NCBI GenBank assembly: GCA_026025075.1
Contig: JAPEUI010000045.1
Coordinates: forward strand, 1-64,000
Origin: Vezdaea acicularis
Taxonomy: Eukaryota
DNA: 64,000 nt
Direction of reading: 5' to 3'
In this document: piece by piece, positions 24,008 to 37,099 of the stretch
Layout of the letters: the number at the start of each line of letters is the position of its first letter
How positions within the stretch are numbered: position 1 is the first letter of the stretch
Notes under the pieces: model-generated
Seen by the model: the letters and a program-made list of their open reading frames with translations, nothing else
Database searches by the model: none
What the model was told of the DNA's origin: nothing
Translations under genes and position numbers: made by a program

Positions 24008-24997
24008 ATGCGTTCTTCCTTTGGTCTCCTTGCGCTCTTCGCCGGCTCCGCCTTGGCTTGGGGAAACTCCTCCACCTCGGCAACAGAGACGTCGACAGTA
24101 TATACGACCACTACAGTATGCCCGGTGACAAAGACACATGTCTCGGCCTCTCATACATGGTTTGAAACTACAACGACCACCTCCACGATCACAGTCACAA
24201 GCTGCCCGGGAGGTTGCCATACACCTCCACCGGGCACAGGAAATGTCCCTCCTCCACCAGGTACTGGAGTTCCACCGCCACCACCAGGAACCGGTGTTCC
24301 TCCTCCACCACCAACAACCACAACTAGCTTGGTTAAACCCACTACCACGACCACGACTGGAAATGTCCCTGCTCCGACAACCATCACCAAGACTCTTGTG
24401 ACCAGCTCTACGACGGTCATCACTTCGTTCTTCCCAGTCAGCACGCCAGTCGCAACAAGTGCCGGTACAACGTTCTTCTCAACTTATCTGTCGGTTTCAT
24501 ACATCACTACCGTTCCAGTCTTCACCACTACGAATGTCCAGGTCATCAACCCTGCGCCGACTGTGGTTACTGTCTCTCCAACCGTGGTTCCCGCAGCCTG
24601 TCCCGCTCCGACGACCGTCTACGTAACAACTTGCCCCGCCGCAGCGACTATTACGGTGACCTCGTTCCCAGTGCAGACCGTCACAGTGTCGCTTCCAGGC
24701 GGCGGTTCAACGGTCATCACAATCACTCCGACTTCGGGTCCAGCTGGTCCTACCGTCGTCCCTCCTCCAAGCCCTCCTACGAGCACCCCGCCTTTCCCGA
24801 CGGGCTCTCCTAGCGTTCCACCGCCTGGAACTGGCACAGCTCCAGGCACACCCCCACCAGCGGGCACTGGCAAGCCTCCAGGTACAACTACTCCAGGTAC
24901 ACCTCCACCTAGTGGTGGTGCTCCCAAGCCCAGTGGTTCCGGCGGAGCCAAGCCTAGTGCTTCTTACGTCCCGTGGTCGCCTCGTCGCAAATTCTAA
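24008..24997 (+). CDS. Secreted Pro/Thr/Ser-rich (mucin/extensin-like) cell-surface protein, 329 aa
   Basis: Signal peptide MRSSFGLLALFAGSALA; T(V/I)T(V/I) tracts with paired Cys; PPPPGTG repeats; single exon. Confidence 0.88.
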   Translation: MRSSFGLLALFAGSALAWGNSSTSATETSTVYTTTTVCPVTKTHVSASHTWFETTTTTSTITVTSCPGGCHTPPPGTGNVPPPPGTGVPPPPPGTGVPPPPPTTTTSLVKPTTTTTTGNVPAPTTITKTLVTSSTTVITSFFPVSTPVATSAGTTFFSTYLSVSYITTVPVFTTTNVQVINPAPTVVTVSPTVVPAACPAPTTVYVTTCPAAATITVTSFPVQTVTVSLPGGGSTVITITPTSGPAGPTVVPPPSPPTSTPPFPTGSPSVPPPGTGTAPGTPPPAGTGKPPGTTTPGTPPPSGGAPKPSGSGGAKPSASYVPWSPRRKF

Positions 24998-26101
24998 TGA
25001 GTTCAAGTCATTCACAACGAGGAGACGAAGGCCATAGAAAAGTGTGCTACATGGAGAAGATGCATTGGTAATGGAGCGGACTATTATTCTTTCTTAGCGC
25101 ACATTGCATTTGGTGGCGTTCAGCGTTCAACGGGTGGACTCATAATATTTACGAAGGGTTCGGTCACGATAGGACCAGATAGCTCATAGTAGCAACGAAT
25201 ATCTTCCAACTTGAAAAACTACGCGGTCCCTAAATTATTAGATAGCATGTTGAATTTTTATGAATCTTCTCTGTGCTCAAGCTCCCGCCGTACGTGTGCA
25301 TCGAGAGCTCCACGTGTGTCATGCACCATTTCATCATGTTGGACAAGGCGTGGTTGCAATGGTTGCGCGGCTTGAAGTCCGTGGCGTGCGTAAGACTTCA
25401 TCGCCTCGTTCCAAGCCCTCCCCACTGAGCGTTAAAATGTGACAAGGGGGGAAAGCCATTCACGTGATAGCAGCTGAGCACAGTCCGACCGCAAACCTTC
25501 TCCAAACTAACCTTTCCTTTGAGAGGTCAAGAGCTTCCGATATGATGAGTGAGGAGTTTTTTGTTCGTAATCGCCACTTGTTGTTGAGACATTTTTATTT
25601 TTAGCTTTTTCGTTGCATTGATAGTGTCCTCGGGCCGTAGCGTGCGGACGTTGTGTGTCTTTGCACGACTCCTTAAGCGAGTTCGACACGGGAAGCTCTA
25701 CTAGGAGAACGGGATCCTCTCATCCATAGATTGCCGCCGAAACACGACCTCCCCTATCACCAATTCGTGCGATCTCTCGACATTCGTTGATCGTGGTCAA
25801 AGCACACTGCTTTGAATTACTGACAGCGGCACTTGGTGCCAATTACGCTCGTTTCTTCGCGACCATCGGCAGCTTGGCGCCTGCGTCAAAGCGCTGACGG
25901 TTTTTTACGCCGGGCAGATTGTCGGCTTCTCCCTTGCGTTGCTACAACCTCCTCCCACGCCCCTACAAGCCACCTCGACCCTAACACGCCCTCACGAACG
26001 ACTGTCATTCAGCCCGGACCCTAACAGTCGCTACTGAAGGGTTTGGGGTCCCCTCGAGACACGGACGACCCTGTCAGTCTTGTTGAGGATCTGGGAGAAA
26101 A

Positions 26102-28599
26102 ATGCACTCCGATTATCGGTTACGCGGTTTCTCTCTCATAGCTATCCTCCTCCTCACAACGCTATCAAACGCGTTCTACATACCAGGTAAAAGCTTTTTG
26201 TTCTTTTTGACCACTGCCTCTGAGGGAGTTCATACCTCGATATTGGCATTGCCGACGTTGACTCTTCATAGGTTGGTCCATCAAAAGCTACAGGGAGGAC
26301 GAATCCATACCCTTGTTTGTGAATAAGGTCTACTCAGACAACACACAACTTCAATATGCATACTACGAGCTACCCTTCGTAAGTTCTATACTACGCGGGT
26401 ATGCGCATAACACTCGGGATCCATGGCTAATTCAGCGTTATAGGTTTGCCCACCTTCTGGTCAGAAGCGAGGCGGTTCGTCTCTCGTCAGTGGCCATAGT
26501 ATCTCTCTGAACCTGGGCGAGGTCCTCAGAGGGGACCGAATTGTGACTTCGGACTACGAGATTAATATGCTCAAGGATGACGATTGTCACTTTCTCTGTA
26601 ATCGTCAGGTGGACCGTCGAGGGTTAAAGCGCGCCCGCGAGCTGATCCAGAATGGATATGTCGCCGAATGGATCGTCGACAACCTTCCAGGAGCAACGAG
26701 CTTCGTTACTGTCGACCAGACAAAGAAGTACTACGCTGCGGGATTTAAGATGGGATACAAGGACTTCGACCCTACCACCGGGAAAGCTCGGTACTTTATC
26801 AACAACCATGTGAACATCGTGATCCGGTACCGAAAAGCCCCTGGACGGGATGGAGATGAAGGCGGCAAGGTCATCGTGGGCTTTGAAGTGTACACAAAGA
26901 GCATTGGTTGGAGAGATCGTATCGAAGGCTGCCCTAGAGATGTGCACCATATCGAAGACAAGATGGAGCTATACCTACCCCCAAACAATACGGATAAGAA
27001 GAGCAACTATCCCTTCTCGTCTTACACCCCTCCCGAAGAGGAAGACGTCATGGCCGACAATTCCACCTTGAACATCCCGTACTCGTACTCGGTATATTTC
27101 CGAGAAGAGACTAAGATCGACTGGGCCAATAGGTGGGATCTATATTTCGTCAATCAAGAAGATAGCTCGAAGATCCATTGGCTAGCCATTCTCAACTCTC
27201 TAGTCATTGCAGCGCTGTTGACTGCAGTGGTTGGTGTCATCCTTACCCGTACGATCAGAGGTGATATCAAAGGCTTTGGCAAAGACGGAAAGTTGGAGGA
27301 GGGAAAGCTCAAGCTCAAGCGGAAGAGACACAGTGGCACAAAGTCTCCTCGAAGCTTGGAGAAAGTTGGTGGTCTTCTCGATCAGAGTGGCGATGCGGAG
27401 AACGATGCGGACGTGTCGTCCGATGAGGATTCTCTAGAGGAAATTACCGGATGGAAATTACTCCACGCAGACGTCTTTCGACCTCCACCATACAGCGGGC
27501 TACTTGCCCCCTTAGTTGGATCTGGTATGCAGCTAGTCTTCATGGCAGGAGGCTTATTGGTATTGAGCTGTTTGGGCATACTCAATCCAAGCTTCAGAGG
27601 TGGTTTCGTGAGTGTCGGCGTGGGACTCTTCTTGTTTGCAGGAGTTTTCTCAGGCTACTTCTCTGGGCGGGTATACAAGACTTTCGGTGGTCAGAATTGG
27701 AAGAAAAACACTCTGATGGTATGTTCTGCCCATTTCCAACTAATATATTGCGGTTTTGCTAAACTTGGACTAGACCGCTGCGTTGGTTCCAGGCCTGCTA
27801 TTCACAACAATCTTCATTCTGAACCTGTTCGTATGGGCTCAGGCGTCAAGTACTGCCATACCGTTCACCACGCTTGTAGCAATGGGTGCTCTTTGGTTAG
27901 GCATCCAGGTACCTCTAGTCTACGTCGGAAGCTGGTATGGTTACGAACGAGTCGGCGCATGGGAGCATCCAACAAAGACCAACATTATTCCTCGTCAAAT
28001 TCCTGCGCCCGCATGGCACAGCAAAGGTCTGCAATGGGTGCTCCTCGCGGGTCTCATCCCATTCGCGGTCATTTTTATCGAGCTCCTCTTCGTCTTTAAG
28101 AGCGTATGGCAAGACAAGAGCGGATACTACTATGTCTTCGGATTCTTGGCGGTTGTGAGCGTCATTCTCGTTGTCACAGTCATCGAGGTGACTATTGTTT
28201 CGACACATACGCAGCTCTGTGCTGAGGTGAGTTCCCAGTTCTGACGTGACTTTTTCTCAAGAGTGCCTCTAATGTTAACTATAGAACTACCACTGGTGGT
28301 GGCGATCCTTCTTCGTCGGCGGCGGCAGTGCCATCTGGGTCTTCCTGTGCTGCGTGTGGTACTATCTCACGAAGCTGCACATCCACGGCTTTGTGTCGAG
28401 CATGCTTTTCTTCAGCTACAGTTTCCTCGCCTGTGCTGTGTACGGGCTGTTGACGGGAACGATCGGCTTCTTGACTGCATACGCGTTCGTGCGCAGGATA
28501 TACGGGTATGTCTTCACTTGTGCTCATCTCCCCTCGATCTGATCGTTGCAATGTGGCATGCTGACGACGGAAACTTCCAGCGCGATCAAAGCGGATTAG
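26102..28599 (+). CDS. Nonaspanin / TM9SF (EMP70/TMN family) protein, 6 exons
   Basis: Exons 26102-26186, 26272-26378, 26444-27718, 27774-28226, 28285-28505, 28581-28599. Signal peptide then FYIPG; LNLGEVLRGDRI; WIVDNLPGA; IHWLAILNS; GWKLLHADVFRPP; NYHWWWRSF; C-terminal IKAD*. Confidence 0.96.
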
Positions 28600-30775
28600 A
28601 CTCGGTCTGTGCGTTCTAGATAGCGTTCCTTTTCGGTCGAGTCTGGCATTTCAGGGCTTTCGGGGCGATGGAGCTTTTTTCAGCGGTGCATGCTTTTCCC
28701 TTTTCCCCTCCTATCCCGTGATCCTTCCCCCTCTCTATTCTCGGCGTGCTCGAAACGGTTCATAATGGCATAGTCCGGGTGTTTTTTTATTGTTGCTTGC
28801 TTGCTTGCTCTGCTCGCTCGCTGGATTCGGCCCTTGCAACCACTTGAGGGAAAGGAGGATGGATAGAATAATAATTCCACGAAAAAGTTTTGACGAAACA
28901 TGCATCCCCTTCCCTTTCCCTGATCCTCCGACCTTCTACCGTAGCATCTGACGAGTGTGAAGAGACCGGTGAAAGCGCTTTGCCTTCGAGATCGAGGTAA
29001 GCACGATGCATGCATATTACTTGATCACTTCATGAAGATGTATGTATCTGTTTATCAAAACATTAAGCATTGGCCCGCTTTTAAAAAAGTAGTCCATACC
29101 AACCGCCCCCAGCCAGAGAACCATCGGAAAAAGCGAATCCAGACAGAAAAGCCAGATGGATCATCATGCGTCCAAGGAATATCCTCGCACACACACATCC
29201 GATGCAAGGGAAAAGCGCCATGGCACACGATCCAGGTACAGCTCCTCCATTATTACTTTTACTTTTTCATCGCCCCTGATGCTCAACCCTGGTTCGCAGG
29301 GCAGACGTTATGATCCGGCTCGTCCGTTGTTGGTGGGGAAGGAAGGGCGCGATGACGAGCAAGGGAAAAAAACCTTGAATGGGCGGATCTCGTAGCGGGA
29401 TGGCGGAATGGCGGAATGGTGGGGGGAGGGGTGGGAAAACGTGCTCAGGCGACTGGTGCCCGGAAGAATAGCGCGGATGCGAGGCCGAGAGTGGAGCCAT
29501 CCGAAAAAGAATTTTCGGGATGGTCTCAGCTAATGTACAAAATAGACACGATGTGTCAGAAGCAGCAGCAGCAGCAGAGAGTGCCGCTTCATCTGGTGGC
29601 TCGACAATGGCCGTGGATTTCGATGTGTCAGTTTTCTGTGGGTATCCTTCTCACTTGTCTGTTGCTGCTCCACCTGGGGGGAAGGGGAAAATTCTCGTGG
29701 GCCGCTGGAACCCGGAGACGACGGGGCTAGAGGCGGGCAGGTCACGGGATGGGCACGAATAGGGCTGGAAGGGTCACAGAGGGAGGTCTGCTTTGTTGAC
29801 GGATGACGCGCTCTACTATCCTACTCTCGCTCTTACTCTTCACTCTCACATAGACACAGACAAGCACATCATGTCGATTCGGAACCAGCGGTATGACGTG
29901 CGATAATGGCGTTGCAATGCCAGCGACCCAATGTGTGCGACGACTTGCTCGAAGCAGACGCTGCGCAAGGGCGTGATGGACGGCTGCTCCGTCAGCACGA
30001 ACCCTTTATTCCGCGCTTCCGCATCGTGGGGACGTCAAGCGCAGGGCGCGTGAAGCCTCGTTGCCTTTGCTTACGAGCTTGTCACCCGCATCCTTGGGCC
30101 TTTTTGGAGGGCTGGTTTCTGGTGTCTGGGCTTCCTGGCTCCTCTAGGGCCGGCAGACCCTTCCGCGACCGTGGCCAGCCGTGCGCTGCCTGCGGTGCGC
30201 CACCACCCTAGCACAAGCGAAATCGGCCCCCCCATTGAACCAGGATCGCTCAGGGATGGACGGGGCACGATGTCAAGCCAACGCCCTTTGCGCGTCCCAA
30301 AGCAGCAGTGGATGAGTCAAGGCGTTGTCAATGCAAAGGCGGAAGCAGAGAAAAGACACACAGGGCGAGGACACAGAGGGAACCTTGCTGGCTCGCTGGC
30401 GCCGTCGGAGCGGGATGATGTCGTGGGAGTCGCTCGTCCCTGGAGGGCTACATTATAAAGCCTTCACAGAGACCCACTTCGAGCTGACTTTCAATTCCAG
30501 GACATACCCGTTTACTTTGAAGACGAGACCGCGCAGTACTTTGCATCCACTCGAGTCAGGACAAGCTGGTGCGGCCAATTACAACGGCTGGTGGCTGAAA
30601 TTCTTATCACCGCAGCAATCGTCACCACCAACTCCGCCGCATCTACCCCACAATCTTCCCCATCTCGGCGCGCCAAAGATCGCCGCATAGTCGCCGCTGG
30701 GACCCTCGTGCCCTACTTTACTTCAACCTCCTACCTACCTCTCTCTATCTTCTTCCCATCATCACCATCCTCACC

Positions 30776-32500
30776 ATGACGACCACCAACACGATTGCGT
30801 CGCGCCAGACGGTGGCGACGCAGATGCGCTCCCTCGTGCAGAAGAGCAAGCCCGACATTCAGATTCTCCTGAACAACCGCGAGGGTTCAAGCATCAGCAC
30901 CTTCAGCACCGGCGACAAGATCGAGGGCGAAGTGCTGATGACGGCCCCGCACGACTGCCGCTTCGACGACATCTCCGTCACCTTCGAGGGCAGCGTCAAG
31001 ACGTACGTCGAGAAGCTGGCCGCGACCTCCGCCGCCAACTCGCGCTCCAAGGCCTTTCACAACTTCCTCAAGCTGAAACAGCCCATCGACGAGAGCTCCC
31101 TACCCGTTCCCCGCGTCGCCGAAGCCGGCAAGACGTACAGATTCCCATTCACCTTTGTCGTCCCAGGCCACCTCCTCCCACATGCGTGCAATCACCGCGT
31201 CGAATCTAACCAGGTGCACGACGAGCACCTCCTCCTTCCCCCTAGCCTCAACGACAACACAAGTACTGCCAGCGATGGGACTTCCGTGCTCGACGATCTC
31301 GCCCCGATGATGTCCATAATCTCCTACAGCATCAAAGCGGAAGTGACGCGGTACTCCCCCTCCACCGACCACGCCATCACCCTCAGCGTTAAGTCGCAGA
31401 AAGTGCACATCATCCCGTCCGTCCCCGAAGCCCCACCGCTCAGCATCGACGGTCAATCCGAAGAATACGTCCTGCGGCGCGAGAAGGGGCTCCGGCGCGG
31501 CCTCTTCAAGGGCAAGCTCGGCCGTCTCTCCATCTCCGCCTTGCAACCGAAATCGCTCCGTCTCCCGGCGCCCCTTGCCCCCTCCGCCGCAGCAACAACA
31601 GCATCATCGCCGCCTACCACCATGGCCACAATAGCTCTGCGCTTCGACCCCGCAGATGCCCAGGCCAAGCCGCCCAAGCTGGGCCAGCTGAACGCGAAGT
31701 TGCACGCTCAAACGTACTTTGCGAGCCGGCCGATGCGCGACTTCCCCACGCCGAGCAGCGCCATGTATGACGCCCACCGCGGCCTGTACGACGATACCAT
31801 CGCGCTGTCGTCCCGCTGCGTTGAGGGCGCACAATGGACTGCTCACAGCACCAGCGACTCTGTCACCGAGTCGTCGTCGTTGGCGGCTGCGGCAGCAGAA
31901 CGGCGCGACTCAGCTTTCAGCACCCTGACCAGCAGCAGCAGCGGCAGCAGCGTGACCGCCCTCCCCACCAGCCCCGCCGACGCACCATCTGCCAAAAACC
32001 GCACCACCTCCATCTACTACACCGCGGACCTCCTCGTCCCCCTCACCCTCCCCCGCAACAAATCCTTCGTCCCCTCCTTCCACTCCTGCCTCGTCGCCCG
32101 CCTCTACCAGCTCGACCTCTCCCTCTCCGTCCCATCCCTCTCATCCACCTCCCCCGCCACAACCCTCAAACTCCGTCTTCCCCTCCAACTCAGCGCTCAA
32201 GGGCCCCTCGACCTCGCCAACCCCACCGGCTCATCCGCCGCGGACGAGGAACCAGCGCTTCAGCGTCTGGTCGATGAAGACCTCGAAGCTGTCTTCCGTC
32301 CCCGCCAGATCAGCGTGCCCCGCGCCGACCTCCTCGAGAATGGACGCCTAGGTCCTCGTGCGCACCCCAGCGCGCCCGCGAATGGCGCACCGCCTGGTTA
32401 CTCCTCCTTTGCGGGCGCGCCAGAGGATGCGCCACTTTCTGAACCCGAGCGCGAAGCGGAGCTGGATATGAGGCGGCCTGCTGTTGGCGTCTGGGGCTAA
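30776..32500 (+). CDS. Alpha-arrestin / Bul1-like adaptor, 574 aa
   Basis: Arrestin-N features FSTGDKIEGEV, ISVTFEG, YRFPFTFVVP, LPPSL, ISYSIKA; FVPSFHSCLVARLY; PPxY motif (PPGY) near the C-terminus. Confidence 0.88.
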   Translation: MTTTNTIASRQTVATQMRSLVQKSKPDIQILLNNREGSSISTFSTGDKIEGEVLMTAPHDCRFDDISVTFEGSVKTYVEKLAATSAANSRSKAFHNFLKLKQPIDESSLPVPRVAEAGKTYRFPFTFVVPGHLLPHACNHRVESNQVHDEHLLLPPSLNDNTSTASDGTSVLDDLAPMMSIISYSIKAEVTRYSPSTDHAITLSVKSQKVHIIPSVPEAPPLSIDGQSEEYVLRREKGLRRGLFKGKLGRLSISALQPKSLRLPAPLAPSAAATTASSPPTTMATIALRFDPADAQAKPPKLGQLNAKLHAQTYFASRPMRDFPTPSSAMYDAHRGLYDDTIALSSRCVEGAQWTAHSTSDSVTESSSLAAAAAERRDSAFSTLTSSSSGSSVTALPTSPADAPSAKNRTTSIYYTADLLVPLTLPRNKSFVPSFHSCLVARLYQLDLSLSVPSLSSTSPATTLKLRLPLQLSAQGPLDLANPTGSSAADEEPALQRLVDEDLEAVFRPRQISVPRADLLENGRLGPRAHPSAPANGAPPGYSSFAGAPEDAPLSEPEREAELDMRRPAVGVWG

Positions 32501-32886
32501 CTTTCTGTATTCCTCTGTCCTTTTGTTTTCTTTTCTTTGCTTTTCGGGATTTTTGTTCTGCGTGGGGTGTTTTTGGGCGAGCGGGCCGGCGATTTTTGGG
32601 GTTAGACGGGGTTGATATTCTGGGCGCTTTGGATCTGGTGGTCGTGCGGTGGTGATAAGGGAATGTGGATGTAATGATTAGATACCCCCCCTACAACGTG
32701 TCCTTCTTTTCTCTCGCGCCCGTCCCCCCCTTTTCTTCTTTCTTCCCCCCCCTACTCTCGCACCCGTGTATCCGTACGTCTATCTCACCTTTCTATCCAC
32801 GCACCCTTTCCCCCCCTCCCCAACAAAATAATCAAACACCTACTTTACATAGTCCCAAACCGCTTCTTCAACACAACCCCCCTTCC

Positions 32887-32939
32887 CTCTCTCTCTCTCT
32901 CAAACGAACCAGTCAACCCCCCCCCCCCCCCCCCCCCCC
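32887..32939. repeat. (CT)n microsatellite followed by a C23 homopolymer
   Basis: CT dinucleotide run at ~32887-32901; 23 consecutive C at 32917-32939. Confidence 0.85.
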
Positions 32940-33451
32940 TGCTGACCCTTCTCTCTCTCAGCCCCACTGCTCGCGCTTATGGAATAACATCAGCGCTCCC
33001 CTCCCTCCCCCGCCGCCCTTTCCTTTTCGCTCCCTCGTGGATTCTGTTACGGAGGAGACCGTGGGGGATGAAGAACAGTAGTGGTTCGGGACGAGGTATT
33101 TGCTGGGGGTGGGGGAGTGCGGCTTCGGGAATGGATAAATCAGGAACGAGAACGGGAACAGGAGATGTACAGTGCGGACTTACTCTAGCCACGAATGTCC
33201 GCCTCGGGACTACGCGCCTAGGAGGGAGTTCGCACTAGAGAGCGGGGGGGGTGGAGGGGCATAGGGGGAGGGTTCTCTTTGGTTCTTTTTGATTTGGATA
33301 TGAGATAAGTAGGCGTTAGGAGGATATGGTCTAGATATTTGGATACTTATTATAGACATATATATTACACGCCATCTCTACACCCACAAATAAAAAATCT
33401 AAAATCTATACACAAGAACCCCCCTTCCCCACCCGCCTTCCACCCTTCACC

Positions 33452-34519
33452 CTACGACACCGCCGCACTAGGCAGCGGTCCCACAGCCCCTCCCCCGCCG
33501 CCACAAAAGCCCTTCATGGCGGACAGCAAGGGGGTTGCACTCCCATCCACATTCGTAAGACTAGGATTGCACTGACCGGGGTTATCGGGGTAAATAACGC
33601 CATTCTCGCCACAGTTCCAGAAGATCTTCTCTACATATCCACTTCCGGCTGCGAAGGAGAGGACGGTTTGCATCCAGCTAGTCATGCCCGCCGCATCGAG
33701 AGTGCAGCCTTGGGAAGGATCGCTAGCGGGCGCGAGTTCGGTGAGCCAGAGTTTCTTACTAGGGAATTGGGCGTGGACGGCTTGGATCTTGTCGATGGCT
33801 CCCTGAGCGGTGGGAGAGTAGATATGTGCGGTTATGATGGGGAAACGGTCGGCACAGTTGCAGGCGGCGAAGAAGGAGGGGAGGTAGGAGCTTTGGGGGT
33901 AGGCGGGGGCGGGAGAGAGGAGTTGGGTGGTGGTGGATTTCTGGAGGGCGGCGAGGAGCGGGGTGATGGCTTTTGCGGCGGTGGTCGGGTCGGTGGTGGG
34001 GGTGGCGTCGCCGAAGGAAAAGTCTGGTTCGTTGAAGATTTCGAGGTAGGGGGGTGGGTTGGGGGAGGTGAGTAGTGTGGTGGCTTCGGCGATGTTGCGC
34101 GGGTCCATCACTACCCGGATTTGGCCGGCGTTGAGGGAGGCGCCGGCCTTGGGGTTGTTGTCGAGGGTGAAGCCGACTAGGAAGGGGGTGGTTTGTTAGT
34201 TGGGGGTTGAATTAGGTGGGGGGGGGAGGGACGTACTCCAGTCGCTGATGCCGTTTGCTTGCAAGGTCGACCAGCGCGCGTTCCAGTCTCCTTGCGTGGA
34301 GGCGGCGCCGTTGAAGACGACGTTGAGGAAGCCGGCGGGGCATTTGGTGGTGCCGCCGCCGATTGATTGTATTCCCGGAGTTGCAGCTGGGGTGGAGGTT
34401 GAGGAGGAAGGGAAGGGTGAGGGGGAGGGGGAAGGGCTCAAGGTACCGCGCTTTTGGCAGGGCTTCGCGGCGACCAGCGCGGCGCAAAGAAGAGGAACGC
34501 AGGTGAAGCTCAACTTCAT
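33452..34519 (-). CDS. Secreted GH128-like (Glyco_hydro_cc/Asl1-like) beta-1,3-glucanase, 2 exons
   Basis: Exons 34519-34237 and 34176-33452. Signal peptide MKLSFTCVPLLCAALVAA, S/P/T linker, clan-A catalytic motifs FNEPD and LWLTE, plus TAHIY and YVEKIFW. Confidence 0.87.
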
Positions 34520-35234
34520 CTTGCCGGGAAGAAAGAGATGTGAGAAAGGAAAAGACAGTGTAGAGTCAAACGTAGCTCGGCGATTGAAAGAAACGGGACG
34601 CCCGCCTCTTATGTATCCAGCCACGAAGGACGCAAAAAAGCGTCCCGAAGCAATTGAGCCTATGTACCCAGAACCCTGTCGCGTACACTTCAAGATGAAA
34701 ATAGCAAGAAGAATCAAAGTGAAATGCCCAAGGCACGGGAGAAAGCCGAAGATGAAACGATTTCATCTTCGTATAGCGATGCGCCTGGCAGTACACGAAC
34801 CGTGCGACGATACGGCCATCGCCTCGTGGCTTTTTATTCCCTTACCAGCGATACGGGCCTTCTCGGGAATTACGGGCGGTCTGTGGTCGGTGCTGCGGCA
34901 GGCATGGGGAGCCTCGTGTGGAATCTTCCCGGCGCAGGCACTTGAGACGCCGTACGAGTCGGTGTCGTTTGATGTTCCGACTCGAGCCCGTGGTTCATGT
35001 CTCGTGGGAGTTCGGGGATCAGGGTTCATCACGGCTATGTTTCGGGAGCGTGTCAGGGGGATGGCGTCCAAAGGTTGTTTCGGCTGCGCTAGTCAACCAC
35101 GACATTATAGCTTCTCCACCTCCTCGCAGTACTATTCGAGCGAGTGCTCAATTGACATGGCGCTACCATTTGAGAGGGTCTCAATGAATGAGAAGGACTC
35201 CGTTCAGACAATTTCATCCATCAATCTATTTGTC

Positions 35235-37099
35235 TTACTTTTCGTCATCCGTGCCAAGATCGTCGCCGTACTCTTCCACCACCCACTGACAGAACCTCTC
35301 CCATTCCACAGTCCACTCCTTCATTCGCTTCGCCTTGATGCCACTACCTAGAGTAGCAGCCTTGATGTCTTCGACCCACTCTTGTTGAGTCTGATCTTCA
35401 AAGGCGGCCCACCGGACGCTGTTCTCAGCAAGAGCACCCAGCCCTGCAAGGCCGAGATTGTCCCAGCCCTGCAGTGCTTGCCAAAAGTCATGTGACAAAC
35501 CATTAGAGCCTTGACCTAGCAGCGCAGGATCATCATTACATAGCGAGCACGAGACACCGCGGGCCAGCAGAGCAGGTAGAGGGTGTGAGAGGATGGAACC
35601 AGTAAGACGAAGCACCTCGTTTGAGATTGGACAGCTCTCGATCAATATTCGTTTTTCTTTTACCATGTCAATCAGTAACGGGTGCTTGTATAAAGAGAAG
35701 CCGTGACCAATTCTTCGTGTTCCCAGCAAGATGGCGTCAAAGAGGTTGGAGTCCGTGGAATCGCCATCCCCAAGGCACTCGCCTGCGTGGAAGAAGAATG
35801 GGATATCAACGCCCTCCTGAGCGCATTGTCTGTGGTTGTATTAAAACGGGACATCATGTCATGCCGGTATTCACTTACTTTCGAAACCAAAAGAGCTCAG
35901 GGAGAAGGTCTTTAAGCGGTCGACCAGCGTCCTCTTGACCCACAAGATCGAATCCCGAGATCATATGAGGGTACTATTGGCGCCATTAGCGCATGCTTGC
36001 TAACCTTAACCAAACGGGAAGGCGACTAACAGCTAACTTGACAGTGATGCATTCATCCATGGTTTCTACTATCTTTGTTGTATCGAAACTTCGTATTGCA
36101 GTCCAGATCATGCGAGCGCCCCAGAAGTCTTTCCCTTCTTCAGACCTTTTGAATATTTCAATCTCCTCGTCGAGAACCCGGATCATCTCCTCGTAACCTA
36201 TCTCAGGCTTTTCCTCGCCAGTGCGACGGTACTCGAACAGAAACGCAAGCCGCAAATCCACCCAGCGTATGCCGTCCGCCGTAAGCTGTTGGAGCATATG
36301 TCTTAGACATTTCCGGTAGACAGGCTCATAGAAGAGCATAGAGTTTAGTATAGCAAAAATAGAAGTAAACTTTTTCCAGATATCATCCAGTCCTTGATAC
36401 TGGCGAAGGGCTTCTTGCGAAGTTATTGTACAGCGTGATTTGAGCCAAGCTAAGAAAGCAGGTCTTCCATGAGGAAACGTGGAAGCTGCCACAGATAGAG
36501 GAATAGGAGTCGAGGCTTGGTATTCAGGCGACCAAACTGAATTTGAGGCCGCTGGCGAAGCCCTTAAGTATGTGAAATGGAAAGATGCTGTCTCTCGAGC
36601 AGCGGAAGAAGACAAGGGTTGCTGAGATAATATGTGGATGCCCTCAGTTGCAAGGCACTGATCGAATAGGAAATCGAGATCGATCAAGGCATCTAAATGT
36701 GCATGAAGGAGTGCGCCTTTAGGCATCTTTTTGACGATCTTCCACAGCCTCGTTCTTTCCATTCGATCTTTAGCCAAGGTAAACATCATCCCTGGGAATG
36801 GCTCCACGTGCTCCTTTGCTATGCTGTCCTCATACGCTGGAGTCCATATTGATCTTCGTTCTTGGTCCCAGATTCGGGTCACAATGGTGCAGGCTTCAGT
36901 CGCAGCTGGAGATAGAGCTTGACGGAACGCATGGTCTTCAGTAGTCAGAGAGCGTTCTTGATCCAAGCCCCAGACACATACCACTGCGCTGTCTCCTCTC
37001 TTGAGCTATGAGGGCATCCCTGCCTGAAACGAATTTTTGTATGAATTGATCCGAAGCCTTCGGAAAGTCTTCCGGGACGTCGTTGCTTGAATCATCCAT
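35235..37099 (-). CDS. Adenosine deaminase, ADA2/ADGF (CECR1)-like, 4 exons
   Basis: Exons 37099-36982, 36935-36031, 35973-35879, 35829-35235. Motifs MPKGALLHAH, GFDLVGQED, FFHAGEC, RRIGHG, ESCPISNEVL, NDDP. Confidence 0.94.

Noticed and set aside
34200..35351. 383-aa + strand ORF
   Set aside because: Antisense to GH128 exon 1, its promoter and the ADA 3' end; no protein-like features.
35235..37099. Adenosine deaminase as the enzyme editing the nearby HAD stop codon
   Set aside because: It is a TIM-barrel free-nucleoside deaminase (ADA2/ADGF type), unrelated to the ADAT/ADAR enzymes that edit RNA; proximity is probably coincidental.
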